Source: Calditrichia bacterium (lineage in GTDB: Bacteria; Calditrichota; Calditrichia; RBG-13-44-9; J075). Taken from it: a stretch of 64,000 nt of DNA. Each line of letters starts with the position of its first letter. The first letter of the stretch is position 1. The stretch is taken from assembly GCA_050633245.1 (NCBI GenBank), contig JBOEGD010000011.1, positions 224,001 to 288,000 on the forward strand, given 5' to 3'. The translations under genes were made by a program, and so were the position numbers. Of the stretch, positions 55,290-64,000 are shown piece after piece. The notes under the pieces were generated by a model that saw only the letters and a program-made list of their open reading frames with translations, was not told where the DNA came from and did not search any database.

Positions 55290-55922
55290 ATGGACGAACA
55301 AAAATACTATGGAGATGTTATGACGACCTTTTTTCCCAAAGACCGAATTCTTGCAGGCTATACCTACGACCAATTCCTCACAACGTTTGAAAATTCGATT
55401 TCCACTGCAAATCCTACCGAGGATGAGCTTGCGGATCACGAAATGCTTAAGCTTAATCTGCATCGAAGCAAGCGCGTTGCCAAAACGGCAAAGATTTCAC
55501 CTGAACTTCAGTCACTAATCGAACACATTACGGAGCCACAACTTTGGATGGTTCTCACTGAAGATTGGTGTGGAGATTCTGCTCAGACACTGCCGCAAAT
55601 CGCCCGCATTGCTGAAATGAATCCACTGATAACGCTACGCATACTGCCTCGCGATGAGAATCTGGATATCATGGATCGCTATCTTACCAATGGCGGACGT
55701 GCTATTCCCAAACTCGTTGCATTCAGCGAAGATGGTGTTGAGTTATTTACCTGGGGACCGCGTCCGGAAGAAGCCAGAAAGCTGGTAAAAAAGAACATTT
55801 CTGCCGAAACACCTAAAGATGAGTGGCAAAAAGAGCTTCACCTCTGGTATGCCCGAAATCGCGGTATTGAAGTAGATAGAGAATTTGTTGAGGTGCTTGA
55901 GAGTGAAAAAGCGAGCATCTAG
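55290..55922 (+). CDS. Thioredoxin-like protein (CxxS)
   Basis: TEDWCGDS, RDENLDIMD, AIPKL, WGPRP. Confidence 0.85.
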   Translation: MDEQKYYGDVMTTFFPKDRILAGYTYDQFLTTFENSISTANPTEDELADHEMLKLNLHRSKRVAKTAKISPELQSLIEHITEPQLWMVLTEDWCGDSAQTLPQIARIAEMNPLITLRILPRDENLDIMDRYLTNGGRAIPKLVAFSEDGVELFTWGPRPEEARKLVKKNISAETPKDEWQKELHLWYARNRGIEVDREFVEVLESEKASI

Positions 55923-55932
55923 AATAAATCCC

Positions 55933-55961
55933 TTGACTTTTTACCTACTAGTTGGTAGATT
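55933..55961 (+). promoter_or_regulatory. TetR gene promoter with an overlapping operator
   Basis: TTGACT-N17-TAGATT, 6 nt before the ATG; quasi-palindrome TTACCTACTAGTTGGTAG at 55941-55958. Confidence 0.7.
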
Positions 55962-55967
55962 TTTCCT

Positions 55968-56543
55968 ATGACACCAAAGGAAAAAACGAAAAAGCGGATA
56001 TTAAAAACCGCCGGTAAAATGCTGCTTGCCAACGGCTACAATGGATTTAGCTATGGCGATATTGCTCAGGAGGTGGGCATACGCAAGGCGAGCATCCATT
56101 ACCATTTTCCGTCCAAGGCTGAACTGGGTGCTGCTATCGTAGAAAATTACACGAAGTGGATGCACCGCTGGGTAGCCGAAACAGATGCTTCCAGCAAAAC
56201 GAGTATGGAACGACTGGAGGCTTTTTTTCTGCTTTATCGCAATTTTTTTGGTGTCGGCGAGAAGATTTGTATGAATGGTGTTCTTAGTGCGGATTTAAAT
56301 GGACTTCCCGAAGAGATGAAGCAGGCGTTTAAGAGGTTGCTTCATTTTGAGCATGAGTGGATGAAACAGGTGATTTTGGAGGGGCAGAAGAGTGGAGAGT
56401 TTCACTCGAAGCAATCTGCCGGCCGACTGGCTTTACTTGTTGGTGCTGCTCTGCAAGGATCTATTCAAATTGCGCGAGCGAATGACAATATGGATTTGCT
56501 GGACATTGCCATTGAACAAATGAAATTCTTGTTACAGCCCTAA
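55968..56543 (+). CDS. TetR/AcrR family regulator
   Basis: GYNGFSYGDIAQEVGIRKASIHYHFPSKAEL HTH. Confidence 0.93.
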   Translation: MTPKEKTKKRILKTAGKMLLANGYNGFSYGDIAQEVGIRKASIHYHFPSKAELGAAIVENYTKWMHRWVAETDASSKTSMERLEAFFLLYRNFFGVGEKICMNGVLSADLNGLPEEMKQAFKRLLHFEHEWMKQVILEGQKSGEFHSKQSAGRLALLVGAALQGSIQIARANDNMDLLDIAIEQMKFLLQP

Positions 56544-56561
56544 TTTTTTTTGCAAAAACAT

Positions 56562-56579
56562 CTACCTTCTAGTAGGTAA
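56562..56579. promoter_or_regulatory. Second TetR operator copy
   Basis: CTACCTTCTAGTAGGTAA; its reverse complement matches 55941-55958 at 16/18; overlaps the RBS of the next gene. Confidence 0.7.
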
Positions 56580-56590
56580 GGAGTTGCTCG

Positions 56591-57436
56591 GTGGCAAAGA
56601 AGAAAAAAACACCTCTGATTTTTAGTTCTCTACGCGCCTTTTTTGGCGCGCTAAGTAAGGTCTCCCCAAAGCTGGCCCTCGAATTTGCCTTTCACTTATT
56701 TTTTCGACCTCGCGGTCGTTTAAAACAGGTAGTCATGCCCGATGTAGAAACAAGCCTCTTTTACATTGATGTCAATGGCAAGCGCGTTTCTGTGCAAAGC
56801 TGGGGGAGTGGACCCCTGGTTATTCTTGTACATGGCTGGGAAGGTCGTGGAATGCAATGGCACAAGTTTATTCCGGCATTAGCAAGCGCCGGTTACCGGG
56901 CAGTAACGTTCGATGCGCCTGCGCACGGGGCGTCTACCGGAAAAAGCACGAATCTTCTCGAGTTCTCTGCAACCATTCGCGCAATTCGCGATGTGCTCGG
57001 CGAGCCTTATGCCGTAGTCGGTCACTCTATGGGAGGAGCCGCAATGGGTATAGCCTTCGATGAAGGCCTGTCCGGTAAAAAGGCGGTTGCTATCTCAGCT
57101 CCGGCAAAGCTGGACTTTGCAATAGAACAGTTTTCCAAAATGATCAACCTCTCCGGATCTGTAAGAAACCGTATGCGCGACCGTATTTCAAAACACTTAA
57201 AACGCGCTGTTGAGACGCTTAATTTTGATGGGATTTCTGAACGGTTAACAATGCCCGCACTTATCATTCACGATAAGTATGATCGAATTGTGCCTGTTGA
57301 AAATGGCTACTCCATTCATCGCGCCTGGAACGGTTCGCGTCTGGCTGAGACGAGTGGGCTTGGTCATGTTCGAATACTGGAAGATGATTCCGTGATCCAA
57401 AAGGTTGTCAGCTTTATTGATACCGAACCTGTTTAG
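56591..57436 (+). CDS. Alpha/beta hydrolase
   Basis: HGWEG, DAPAHG, GHSMGG, HDKYD, GLGH. Confidence 0.9.
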   Translation: MAKKKKTPLIFSSLRAFFGALSKVSPKLALEFAFHLFFRPRGRLKQVVMPDVETSLFYIDVNGKRVSVQSWGSGPLVILVHGWEGRGMQWHKFIPALASAGYRAVTFDAPAHGASTGKSTNLLEFSATIRAIRDVLGEPYAVVGHSMGGAAMGIAFDEGLSGKKAVAISAPAKLDFAIEQFSKMINLSGSVRNRMRDRISKHLKRAVETLNFDGISERLTMPALIIHDKYDRIVPVENGYSIHRAWNGSRLAETSGLGHVRILEDDSVIQKVVSFIDTEPV

Positions 57437-57453
57437 AACCACCTCCATAAGTA

Positions 57454-57496
57454 CAGTGGGTGGGGCCTCCCAGAAAGGTTCCGCCCACTGGCTTTT
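57454..57496 (+). terminator. Terminator hairpin
   Basis: CAGTGGGTGGGGCCT ... AGGTTCCGCCCACTG followed by GCTTTT. Confidence 0.65.
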
Positions 57497-57567
57497 CTGA
57501 TCAATCCTTTTGACATCATCCTCAACGTTGTTTATCTTTCGCGCCGATCAACTATGTAAAGGCCCAT

Positions 57568-58530
57568 ATGCAGCAGCCCAAACCGCAACGAATTGAACTT
57601 CCAACCGTGTTTGGTATGAAAACCGTTAACTCATGGCTTTTGCCGGGAACTGAACCGGTTCTTGTCGATTGCGGTGAGAATAGTCATGCCTCGATGACCG
57701 CCATTGAGAAGGGGTTAGGCGGTCATGGTATGAAAGTTGAAGACATTTCCCATCTTCTGATTACCCACGCTCATGTCGACCATATTGGAATGGCCGGCAG
57801 GCTGGCCAAGCGCAGTGGTGCGACAGTACATGTCTCAAGCATATTGCTTGATTGGGCGCTAAGACCACAAACGATGTGGAAAAAACGTGCTGATGCCTAT
57901 GTCGATGCGCTGGAAACCTATGCTCCCGATGAAGCGGATTCTTACCAGAAAGTCTTTCGAAACATGTTAGACATTTTTGCTGCGAGCTGGTCGATGATTG
58001 ATTCGGATCAGGTGAGCGTTTTTGAACCTGCTGCCCCCCTTGCGATTGGTGGTTTCGATTGGGATGTGATACCTGCACCCGGGCACTGTGGCAATCAAAC
58101 CGTGTTTTATCATTCCGCCAGTAAAACGATGTTGTCAGCCGATATGCTTCTTAAAGTTACGCCCACTCCGGTTATTGGGGAGTCTACCTCTGATAGCTCT
58201 AAGCCGGTGATAATGGAGATGCTGGAAAGCTATGAGTTCTTTTCCGCTATGGATATTGATCACACGTTCCCGGGTCACTATCAAGCTTTCGGAAATCCAC
58301 AAAAGTATATTTCCGAACAGGTTCAGCGGATTCATGGCCGCAAAGAAGCCTGTTTCGAACGTATCAAATCCGCAAAGCCCACCTTCATTGAACTGCTAAA
58401 CAGCATGTATGAGAATCGTGTTTCACCTCCTGCTTTTTCAATGCTCATTGGGTACGTCCAGCTGCTGGAGCGCGAGCAGCGAATACAAGCAGTGCGCAGA
58501 GGCGCTCGTTTTCAGCTTGAGCCGTGCTAA
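57568..58530 (+). CDS. MBL-fold metallo-hydrolase
   Basis: VDCG, THAHVDHIG, PGH, SAD, PGH. Confidence 0.88.
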   Translation: MQQPKPQRIELPTVFGMKTVNSWLLPGTEPVLVDCGENSHASMTAIEKGLGGHGMKVEDISHLLITHAHVDHIGMAGRLAKRSGATVHVSSILLDWALRPQTMWKKRADAYVDALETYAPDEADSYQKVFRNMLDIFAASWSMIDSDQVSVFEPAAPLAIGGFDWDVIPAPGHCGNQTVFYHSASKTMLSADMLLKVTPTPVIGESTSDSSKPVIMEMLESYEFFSAMDIDHTFPGHYQAFGNPQKYISEQVQRIHGRKEACFERIKSAKPTFIELLNSMYENRVSPPAFSMLIGYVQLLEREQRIQAVRRGARFQLEPC

Positions 58531-58658
58531 TCCCGCAAAACGTCCAAAAAACGCTTTTTTTGTGCAAAAATTGCTTGGAATTTGGAACCTTATCTTCCCA
58601 TATTTGTAAGCACATAAGCGTCCTGATACTTTAGTGGACGCTTTACCCGAGGATAAGA

Positions 58659-59762
58659 ATGCTAGGATATAGATTTAGCGATTTCCAGCCGCAAAAAGAT
58701 GGTAAATCGCAATTTGATAAGCTGCTGGATTTGTTTATGCAAATCCTTACGCATACCTCCGGGGATGTCTCTGAGGCTCTTCACTGGCTGAATCTGCTGG
58801 ACAATAAATATGACATGACCAGCGATGGTTATGGTATGGGCGATTTTATTCAGGATCTAAAGGATCGCGGATATATAAAAGATGACGAAGAGCAGGGGCC
58901 GGGCAACTATCAAATAACGGCCAAGAGCGAACAAACGATTCGCAAACGCTCTCTTGAAGAAATATTTGGCAAGCTGAAGCGTTCTCGTCCCGGACAGCAT
59001 CGTACACCTTTTGCCGGAATGGGAGATGAGCGTACTACCGACCGTCGCGACTTCCAGTTTGGCGATTCCATTGAACAGATAGACATGACGGATTCACTGC
59101 GCAATGCGCAAGTTCGCCACGGAATCAACGACTTCCGCCTGACTGAAGGAGATCTTGAGGTCGTTGAAAACGAGTATAAGGCGCAAACCTCTACTGTTTT
59201 AATGATCGATATTTCACACTCCATGATTCTATATGGTGAAGACCGGATTACGCCTGCCAAGAAAACGGCAATGGCGCTGGCTGAATTGATTACCACGCGC
59301 TATCCCAAAGACACTCTCGATATTATCGTCTTTGGCAATGAAGCCTGGCAAATTGAGATTCGCGATTTACCTTATTTGCAGGTGGGGCCGTATCATACCA
59401 ATACCGTTGCCGGCCTTGAGTTGGCAATGGATATTCTGCGCCGACGCAAAAACGCCAACAAACAAATCTTTATGCTCACCGATGGCAAGCCTACCTGTTT
59501 GAAAGAGGGTCTGAATTATTATAAAAACAGTTTTGGCCTCGATCGAAAAATTGTCAATAGAACCCTTCGTCTGGCAATGCAGTGTCGAAGACTGGATATT
59601 ATCATTACAACATTTATGATTGCCCGCGACCCCTATTTACAGAAGTTCGTGCAGGAGTTTACGCGCGTAAATAATGGTCGGGCCTTTTATAGCGGTCTAA
59701 AGGGGTTGGGCGAGTTCATTTTCGAAGACTATGTGCGTAATCGCCGCCGCCGTGTCCGCTAA
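58659..59762 (+). CDS. VWA-domain protein
   Basis: MIDAS DISHSM, HTNT, TDGKP. Confidence 0.88.
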   Translation: MLGYRFSDFQPQKDGKSQFDKLLDLFMQILTHTSGDVSEALHWLNLLDNKYDMTSDGYGMGDFIQDLKDRGYIKDDEEQGPGNYQITAKSEQTIRKRSLEEIFGKLKRSRPGQHRTPFAGMGDERTTDRRDFQFGDSIEQIDMTDSLRNAQVRHGINDFRLTEGDLEVVENEYKAQTSTVLMIDISHSMILYGEDRITPAKKTAMALAELITTRYPKDTLDIIVFGNEAWQIEIRDLPYLQVGPYHTNTVAGLELAMDILRRRKNANKQIFMLTDGKPTCLKEGLNYYKNSFGLDRKIVNRTLRLAMQCRRLDIIITTFMIARDPYLQKFVQEFTRVNNGRAFYSGLKGLGEFIFEDYVRNRRRRVR

Positions 59763-59816
59763 TACATCATCCCAAAGCAACCCAAATTACCTGAACATGT
59801 TCGGAGAACAACTTAG

Positions 59817-61328
59817 ATGATCGATACAAATATAAAAACGCTTGGCCAATTGAAAGCCAGTGGCTATCAATCAAGGCCCATCAAGCAGGAACTGCGAGAC
59901 AATTTAATCACCAGGATGAGATCCGGTGAGCAGCTCTTTAGCGGTATCCTTGGCTATGAAAAAACGGTTATTCCCGATGTGCAGCGTGCATTGTTGTCTC
60001 GGCATAACATGATATTGCTAGGTTTGCGAGGACAGGCCAAAACGCGTATTGCGCGCCTGATGACGCAGCTGCTGGATGAATATGTGCCGTTTATTGCGGG
60101 TTCGGATTTGTTGGATGACCCGTTGGCGCCACTGTCTCGCTTCGCAAAGGATCTGATTGCTGAAAAAGGAGATGATACGCCAATCGCCTGGCTTCATCGC
60201 GACGAACGTTATTCCGAGAAGCTTGCTACGCCGGATGTTTCGGTTGCCGATCTAATTGGAGATAGTGATCCGATTAAGGCTGCGAATCTCAGATTGCCTT
60301 ATTCCGATGAACGTGTAATTCATTTTGGACTGATTCCGCGATCGAATCGCTGCATTTTCGTAATAAACGAACTACCGGATCTTCAGGCACGTATTCAGGT
60401 TGCGCTGTTTAACATTCTACAGGAAGGCGACATTCAAATTCGTGGATTTAATCTGCGTATCCCGCTGGATATTCAATTTGTTTTTACCGCGAACCCGGAA
60501 GACTATACCAATCGCGGTTCCATTGTAACGCCGTTGAAAGATCGTATAGAAAGCCAGATATTGACGCACTACCCAAAAACTCTGGAGACCTCCAGACAGA
60601 TTACAAAGCAAGAATCGAATCTACTTGACGATCAAAAGGAACGAGTCATTATTAATGATGTTGCTCAGGACCTGATTGAGCAGATTGCGTTTGAGGCTCG
60701 TGATAGTGAGTATGTCGATTTTCGCAGTGGTGTTTCAGCCCGTCTGACAATTTCTGCATTTGAGAATCTTATCAGCTCTGCTGAGCGGCGCAGTTTGCTG
60801 ATGGGTGAAAAGACTACCAGCGTGCGCATCTCAGATTTTTGGGGTGTTATTCCGGCAATCACCGGAAAGATTGAACTGGTATACGAGGGAGAGCAGGAAG
60901 GACCTGCGCAGGTTGCGCAAATTCTTATCGGAAAAGCCATTCGCAGCATGTTCCCGCAGTATTTTCCCGATCCGGAAAAGTTCAAAAAAGAAACGGAGTC
61001 CAACCCGTATCAAAAAATCGTCGACTGGTTCGGCAGCGGCAAAACTATTGATCTGTTGAATGATATCTCGGAAGCAGACTATCGCAAAGCTCTGCTGTTT
61101 GTGCCGGGCCTTCCAGATCTGGTGAAGCGATATCATCCTGAATTGCCTGAATCGGCAAGCCTTTTTATGATGGAGTTTGCACTTCATGGTCTGGCTGAAT
61201 ACTCCTTCCTGACAAAGCATCGATTGGAAGATGGACTTCAGTTCCGCGACTTACTGGGAAGTATGTTCGACGGCGGTGATGAACAGTCTCCCGGCGATAC
61301 GCTCTCCGATACGGATTTCTACGGTTAG
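59817..61328 (+). CDS. AAA+ ATPase (Mg-chelatase ChlI/MoxR-like)
   Basis: Variant P-loop GLRGQAKT, Walker B INELPD, TANPEDY, LKDR. Confidence 0.88.
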   Translation: MIDTNIKTLGQLKASGYQSRPIKQELRDNLITRMRSGEQLFSGILGYEKTVIPDVQRALLSRHNMILLGLRGQAKTRIARLMTQLLDEYVPFIAGSDLLDDPLAPLSRFAKDLIAEKGDDTPIAWLHRDERYSEKLATPDVSVADLIGDSDPIKAANLRLPYSDERVIHFGLIPRSNRCIFVINELPDLQARIQVALFNILQEGDIQIRGFNLRIPLDIQFVFTANPEDYTNRGSIVTPLKDRIESQILTHYPKTLETSRQITKQESNLLDDQKERVIINDVAQDLIEQIAFEARDSEYVDFRSGVSARLTISAFENLISSAERRSLLMGEKTTSVRISDFWGVIPAITGKIELVYEGEQEGPAQVAQILIGKAIRSMFPQYFPDPEKFKKETESNPYQKIVDWFGSGKTIDLLNDISEADYRKALLFVPGLPDLVKRYHPELPESASLFMMEFALHGLAEYSFLTKHRLEDGLQFRDLLGSMFDGGDEQSPGDTLSDTDFYG

Positions 61329-61335
61329 GCTGCAG

Positions 61336-62109
61336 ATGTCTGTAATCCCATTGATCGTCGAACATGAACCCAATGCGACCATTTTCAAACTAAATCGCCC
61401 CGAAGTACATAATGCGATTAACGATGAGTTGATGTCGGCCCTGGAGGATGCTCTGAATGCTCTGGATGCTGAGAAAAATGAAAAGCCGTTGATTCTTACT
61501 CATGCCGGCAGCAAAACCTTCTGTGCTGGCGGAGATTTAAGCTATTTTGCCAGGCTGCACACCGCGGAGGCATGCGAACGTATGTCTTTGCGCATGCAGA
61601 AAGTGTTGGATCGGTTGGAGAACAGCTCTCGCTGGGTTGTTGCTGCTCTTGATGGTCAGGCACTCGGCGGTGGTTGTGAGGTGATTTCGGCTTGTCACTA
61701 CCGAATCGCGGCGACTCACGCTAAGTTTTCGTTCCGTCAGGCGCCAAACGGAATTATTACCGGCTGGGGTGGAGGTCGTAGAATTTTGACGCTGTTAGGG
61801 CGTTCAAAAGCGCTTCGTCTTTTTCTTACCGGTGAAACGTTAAGTGCTGAGCAAGCTTTGAAGTTTGGTCTTGTCGATGAGATCTGTCCACCAGGTGAGG
61901 TGCTACAGCGTGCGCGCCAACTTTGTGAGCAGGTAAGGCTAAACGATGGGGCGGCAGTAAAGGGCTTTCTCGATCTTGCTGCAGCGTATCGACTGGCTCA
62001 CCAGACCGTTGCGGAGGTTGAAACAGATATTTTTGTTCGTCTTTGGACTGGCGAAACATTTCAGAAAATCGTTGAACGATTTAGAATAGGAAACAAATCG
62101 GCCACCTAA
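61336..62109 (+). CDS. Enoyl-CoA hydratase/isomerase family protein
   Basis: LNRPEVHNAI, FCAGGDL, ALGGGCE, GWGG; start at ATG 61336. Confidence 0.9.
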   Translation: MSVIPLIVEHEPNATIFKLNRPEVHNAINDELMSALEDALNALDAEKNEKPLILTHAGSKTFCAGGDLSYFARLHTAEACERMSLRMQKVLDRLENSSRWVVAALDGQALGGGCEVISACHYRIAATHAKFSFRQAPNGIITGWGGGRRILTLLGRSKALRLFLTGETLSAEQALKFGLVDEICPPGEVLQRARQLCEQVRLNDGAAVKGFLDLAAAYRLAHQTVAEVETDIFVRLWTGETFQKIVERFRIGNKSAT

Positions 62110-62223
62110 GTCGTTGAGAATTAAATCTATAAGTTGATATTCATTCGATTTCGTCATGAATAATTTCGTAGTATCAGCTAAATTAGCGGGATCGACCATT
62201 ATTCGCCGGAGCTTATACTGACT

Positions 62224-63594
62224 GTGAACCTACGCAAAAAACTTTTTCATATTCTTCAGTTTATTCCCGTACAGCGTAATTTTTGGGTGCTTGCCGGAAT
62301 TATGGGGCTGGCCATTTATTGGCTGAACCACTATTCGGGATTGCCCGGAGACAATGCACGCATTCGTTTATTGATAGGTATTGTTACTTTAGTGTTCTGC
62401 GGCTCTGTCTTGTTGTTTAGTATTGCGACTCTCTTTCCAAACTATGGCCTGTTTTGGCTTAAAAAGGGTATTCTTTCCAACGATGAATCGGAGTCGAAAC
62501 TTACCCGTATCCATTTTCCCTCTCAGAAAGTTCAGTCCGGTATGGTGCCGGTTACCGTTGAGGCAACGCGCGTTGCGCGGCCGCTTTTGGGCAATGTGTT
62601 GGCTCGAATTCTTTTTGAGGATATCGGCGTTGGTGAACCTTTACAGTTAGCCGAAAAATTTCGCGGTGCCGATGGCATAAAGGGGCGACGAGCAACCCGG
62701 AAAATGCGACTTCCTAATATTCGAGAATATCATATAAAAGGAGTTCTGCTGCATTTTGAAGACTTCTTTCGCTTATTCTCATTGCCATATTATGAAGCAG
62801 CCAATAGCCAGGTTATTACCGAACCGGCAACCCTGGAAAGTGCCAGTATCAGTATTTCCACAGAAAAAGCCGATGAAGCCATTTTAAAGGTTCACCAGCA
62901 TAAGAAGGCGCGCGGCGAGCTGTTTGACTATAAAAAATATGCTCCGGGTGATGACATTAGACGCATACTGTGGAAGAATTATGCGCGTACGCGTGAATTG
63001 ACAGTGCGAATTCCCGATCGGAATTTACCCTTCGTTTCGCACATCAATTTATTGGTTAGCTTTTATGACGGAAGTGGCTCGCAAGATATAGAGCTAAAAA
63101 ATTATCTGCTGGATATGTATAAGGAAAAGATTCGGCAAATTGCGGATTCAATTCTCGATCAGGAATTTACGGTGCAGCTTTTTACTGATCAGTCCTCAGG
63201 GCATCCGTTAACCGAATACAATGCTATATTGCGCGGTGTTAGTGCATCCTCCTGGCAAGCAGGCATTCCGCCACGTGAGTTTTTGCGATCGAATTCTCAT
63301 CGTTTACGAGGAGCCGCAAATATTCTCGTCCTGTCTTCTCTTTGTCCGGTCTCAGAGTATGATGAACTCGGCAGCGCACAGCGCGACTATAACCTTTGCT
63401 ACTTCGACATGGTGCGTCCATTGAATGAAAGAACCGGTCCTCCACTTTGGAAGAAGCTTTTTATGGTAGATATCTATGAGCCCTTTGAGCAGGCACGCCG
63501 AACGCTACAAGCCCGACGTGTGCAAAATTATATTGCGGAAAATGGCGATGAGATCGCCAAACGTCTAGAAAAAACGCGAGCGATTACCGTATGA
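62224..63594 (+). CDS. DUF58-domain membrane protein
   Basis: Two N-terminal TMs; YAPGDDIRRILWKNYAR. Confidence 0.85.
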   Translation: MNLRKKLFHILQFIPVQRNFWVLAGIMGLAIYWLNHYSGLPGDNARIRLLIGIVTLVFCGSVLLFSIATLFPNYGLFWLKKGILSNDESESKLTRIHFPSQKVQSGMVPVTVEATRVARPLLGNVLARILFEDIGVGEPLQLAEKFRGADGIKGRRATRKMRLPNIREYHIKGVLLHFEDFFRLFSLPYYEAANSQVITEPATLESASISISTEKADEAILKVHQHKKARGELFDYKKYAPGDDIRRILWKNYARTRELTVRIPDRNLPFVSHINLLVSFYDGSGSQDIELKNYLLDMYKEKIRQIADSILDQEFTVQLFTDQSSGHPLTEYNAILRGVSASSWQAGIPPREFLRSNSHRLRGAANILVLSSLCPVSEYDELGSAQRDYNLCYFDMVRPLNERTGPPLWKKLFMVDIYEPFEQARRTLQARRVQNYIAENGDEIAKRLEKTRAITV

Positions 63595-64000
63595 AAAAAA
63601 TATATTTCAGTGAAGTGCTGATCAAGGGCATTTTTAAGATTGTTCCGACAGTGGCGATCATTTTTTATTTGTGGTCACTATCGACATTCTCAACCTCCGA
63701 GTTTCATACCAATCTCCAGATGAATCTTATTATGCTGGCAAGCGGTATGACGATTGCTTATTTCGTTTATAGCTACCGCCTGCGTTTTTCGCTTAGCTTT
63801 GCGCTGTTGGCGGGAATACTCTATGCGATATACCTTTCACTCGCTGATGGTAGTGGGGGAGAGTTCGATTCTTTTTATCAATCTGTTGCCTTCTCTGTTT
63901 ATGCCGTGGTATTTTTACTTGCCTGGATAGCGGGCTACGGCTTTGCGAGACACGATTACTTTCCGTGGATTATCTCGGTCGGCGTCTTCGTCTATGCAGC
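63591..64000 (+). CDS. Polytopic membrane protein, runs off the window end
   Basis: ATG overlaps the DUF58 stop (ATGA); own translation MKKIYFSEVLIKGIFKIVPTVAII... is open and hydrophobic to the end of the window. Confidence 0.75.
   Translation, partial: MKKIYFSEVLIKGIFKIVPTVAIIFYLWSLSTFSTSEFHTNLQMNLIMLASGMTIAYFVYSYRLRFSLSFALLAGILYAIYLSLADGSGGEFDSFYQSVAFSVYAVVFLLAWIAGYGFARHDYFPWIISVGVFVYA

Noticed and set aside
191-63445. Numerous 60-200 aa ORFs nested in or antisense to the called genes
   Set aside because: They overlap genes with clear family motifs and show no motifs of their own
1-64000. CRISPR array, rRNA, integrase or IS transposase
   Set aside because: No regularly spaced 25-45 bp repeats with unique spacers, no rRNA-like sequence, and no recombinase or transposase motifs recognised in any ORF

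Overview
Bacterial chromosomal window of moderate GC. The gene repertoire is suggestive of an FCB/Calditrichota-like Gram-negative, but this is inference only. Most of it is co-oriented housekeeping and accessory genes: beta-carbonic anhydrase, three tandem TolB-like propeller lipoproteins, PP2C phosphatase, NifS-like PLP enzyme, S9 peptidase, BlaI with M56/M23, ECF sigma, amidase, nth, rpiA, pgl, miaB, a YhhQ-type transporter and VWA/AAA/DUF58 genes. Two things stand out. (1) An AT-rich ~15 kb island (~24.6-39.5 kb) abuts the 3' end of tRNA-Thr(CGT). It is bracketed by prophage debris: a broken XRE/CI repressor, two diverged copies of one small membrane gene, a holin-like ORF and a truncated small terminase. 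It is filled with co-oriented candidate anti-phage genes, several preceded by related promoters: TerB/Zn-ribbon plus PD-(D/E)xK nuclease, a DUF4145/HEPN-like protein, LRR-Roc-COR-TIR, an ART-like/partner pair, a second TIR, a ubiquitin-like-GG membrane protein, and a TIR protein ending in an apparent IF2 N-terminal-domain mimic. (2) An AhpD-family selenoprotein, split by the ORF track at an in-frame UGA (CxxU motif plus SECIS-like hairpin), lies directly behind a TRPM-type SLOG + 2xSLATT gene. All family assignments come from motif recognition by eye; no database searches were run.
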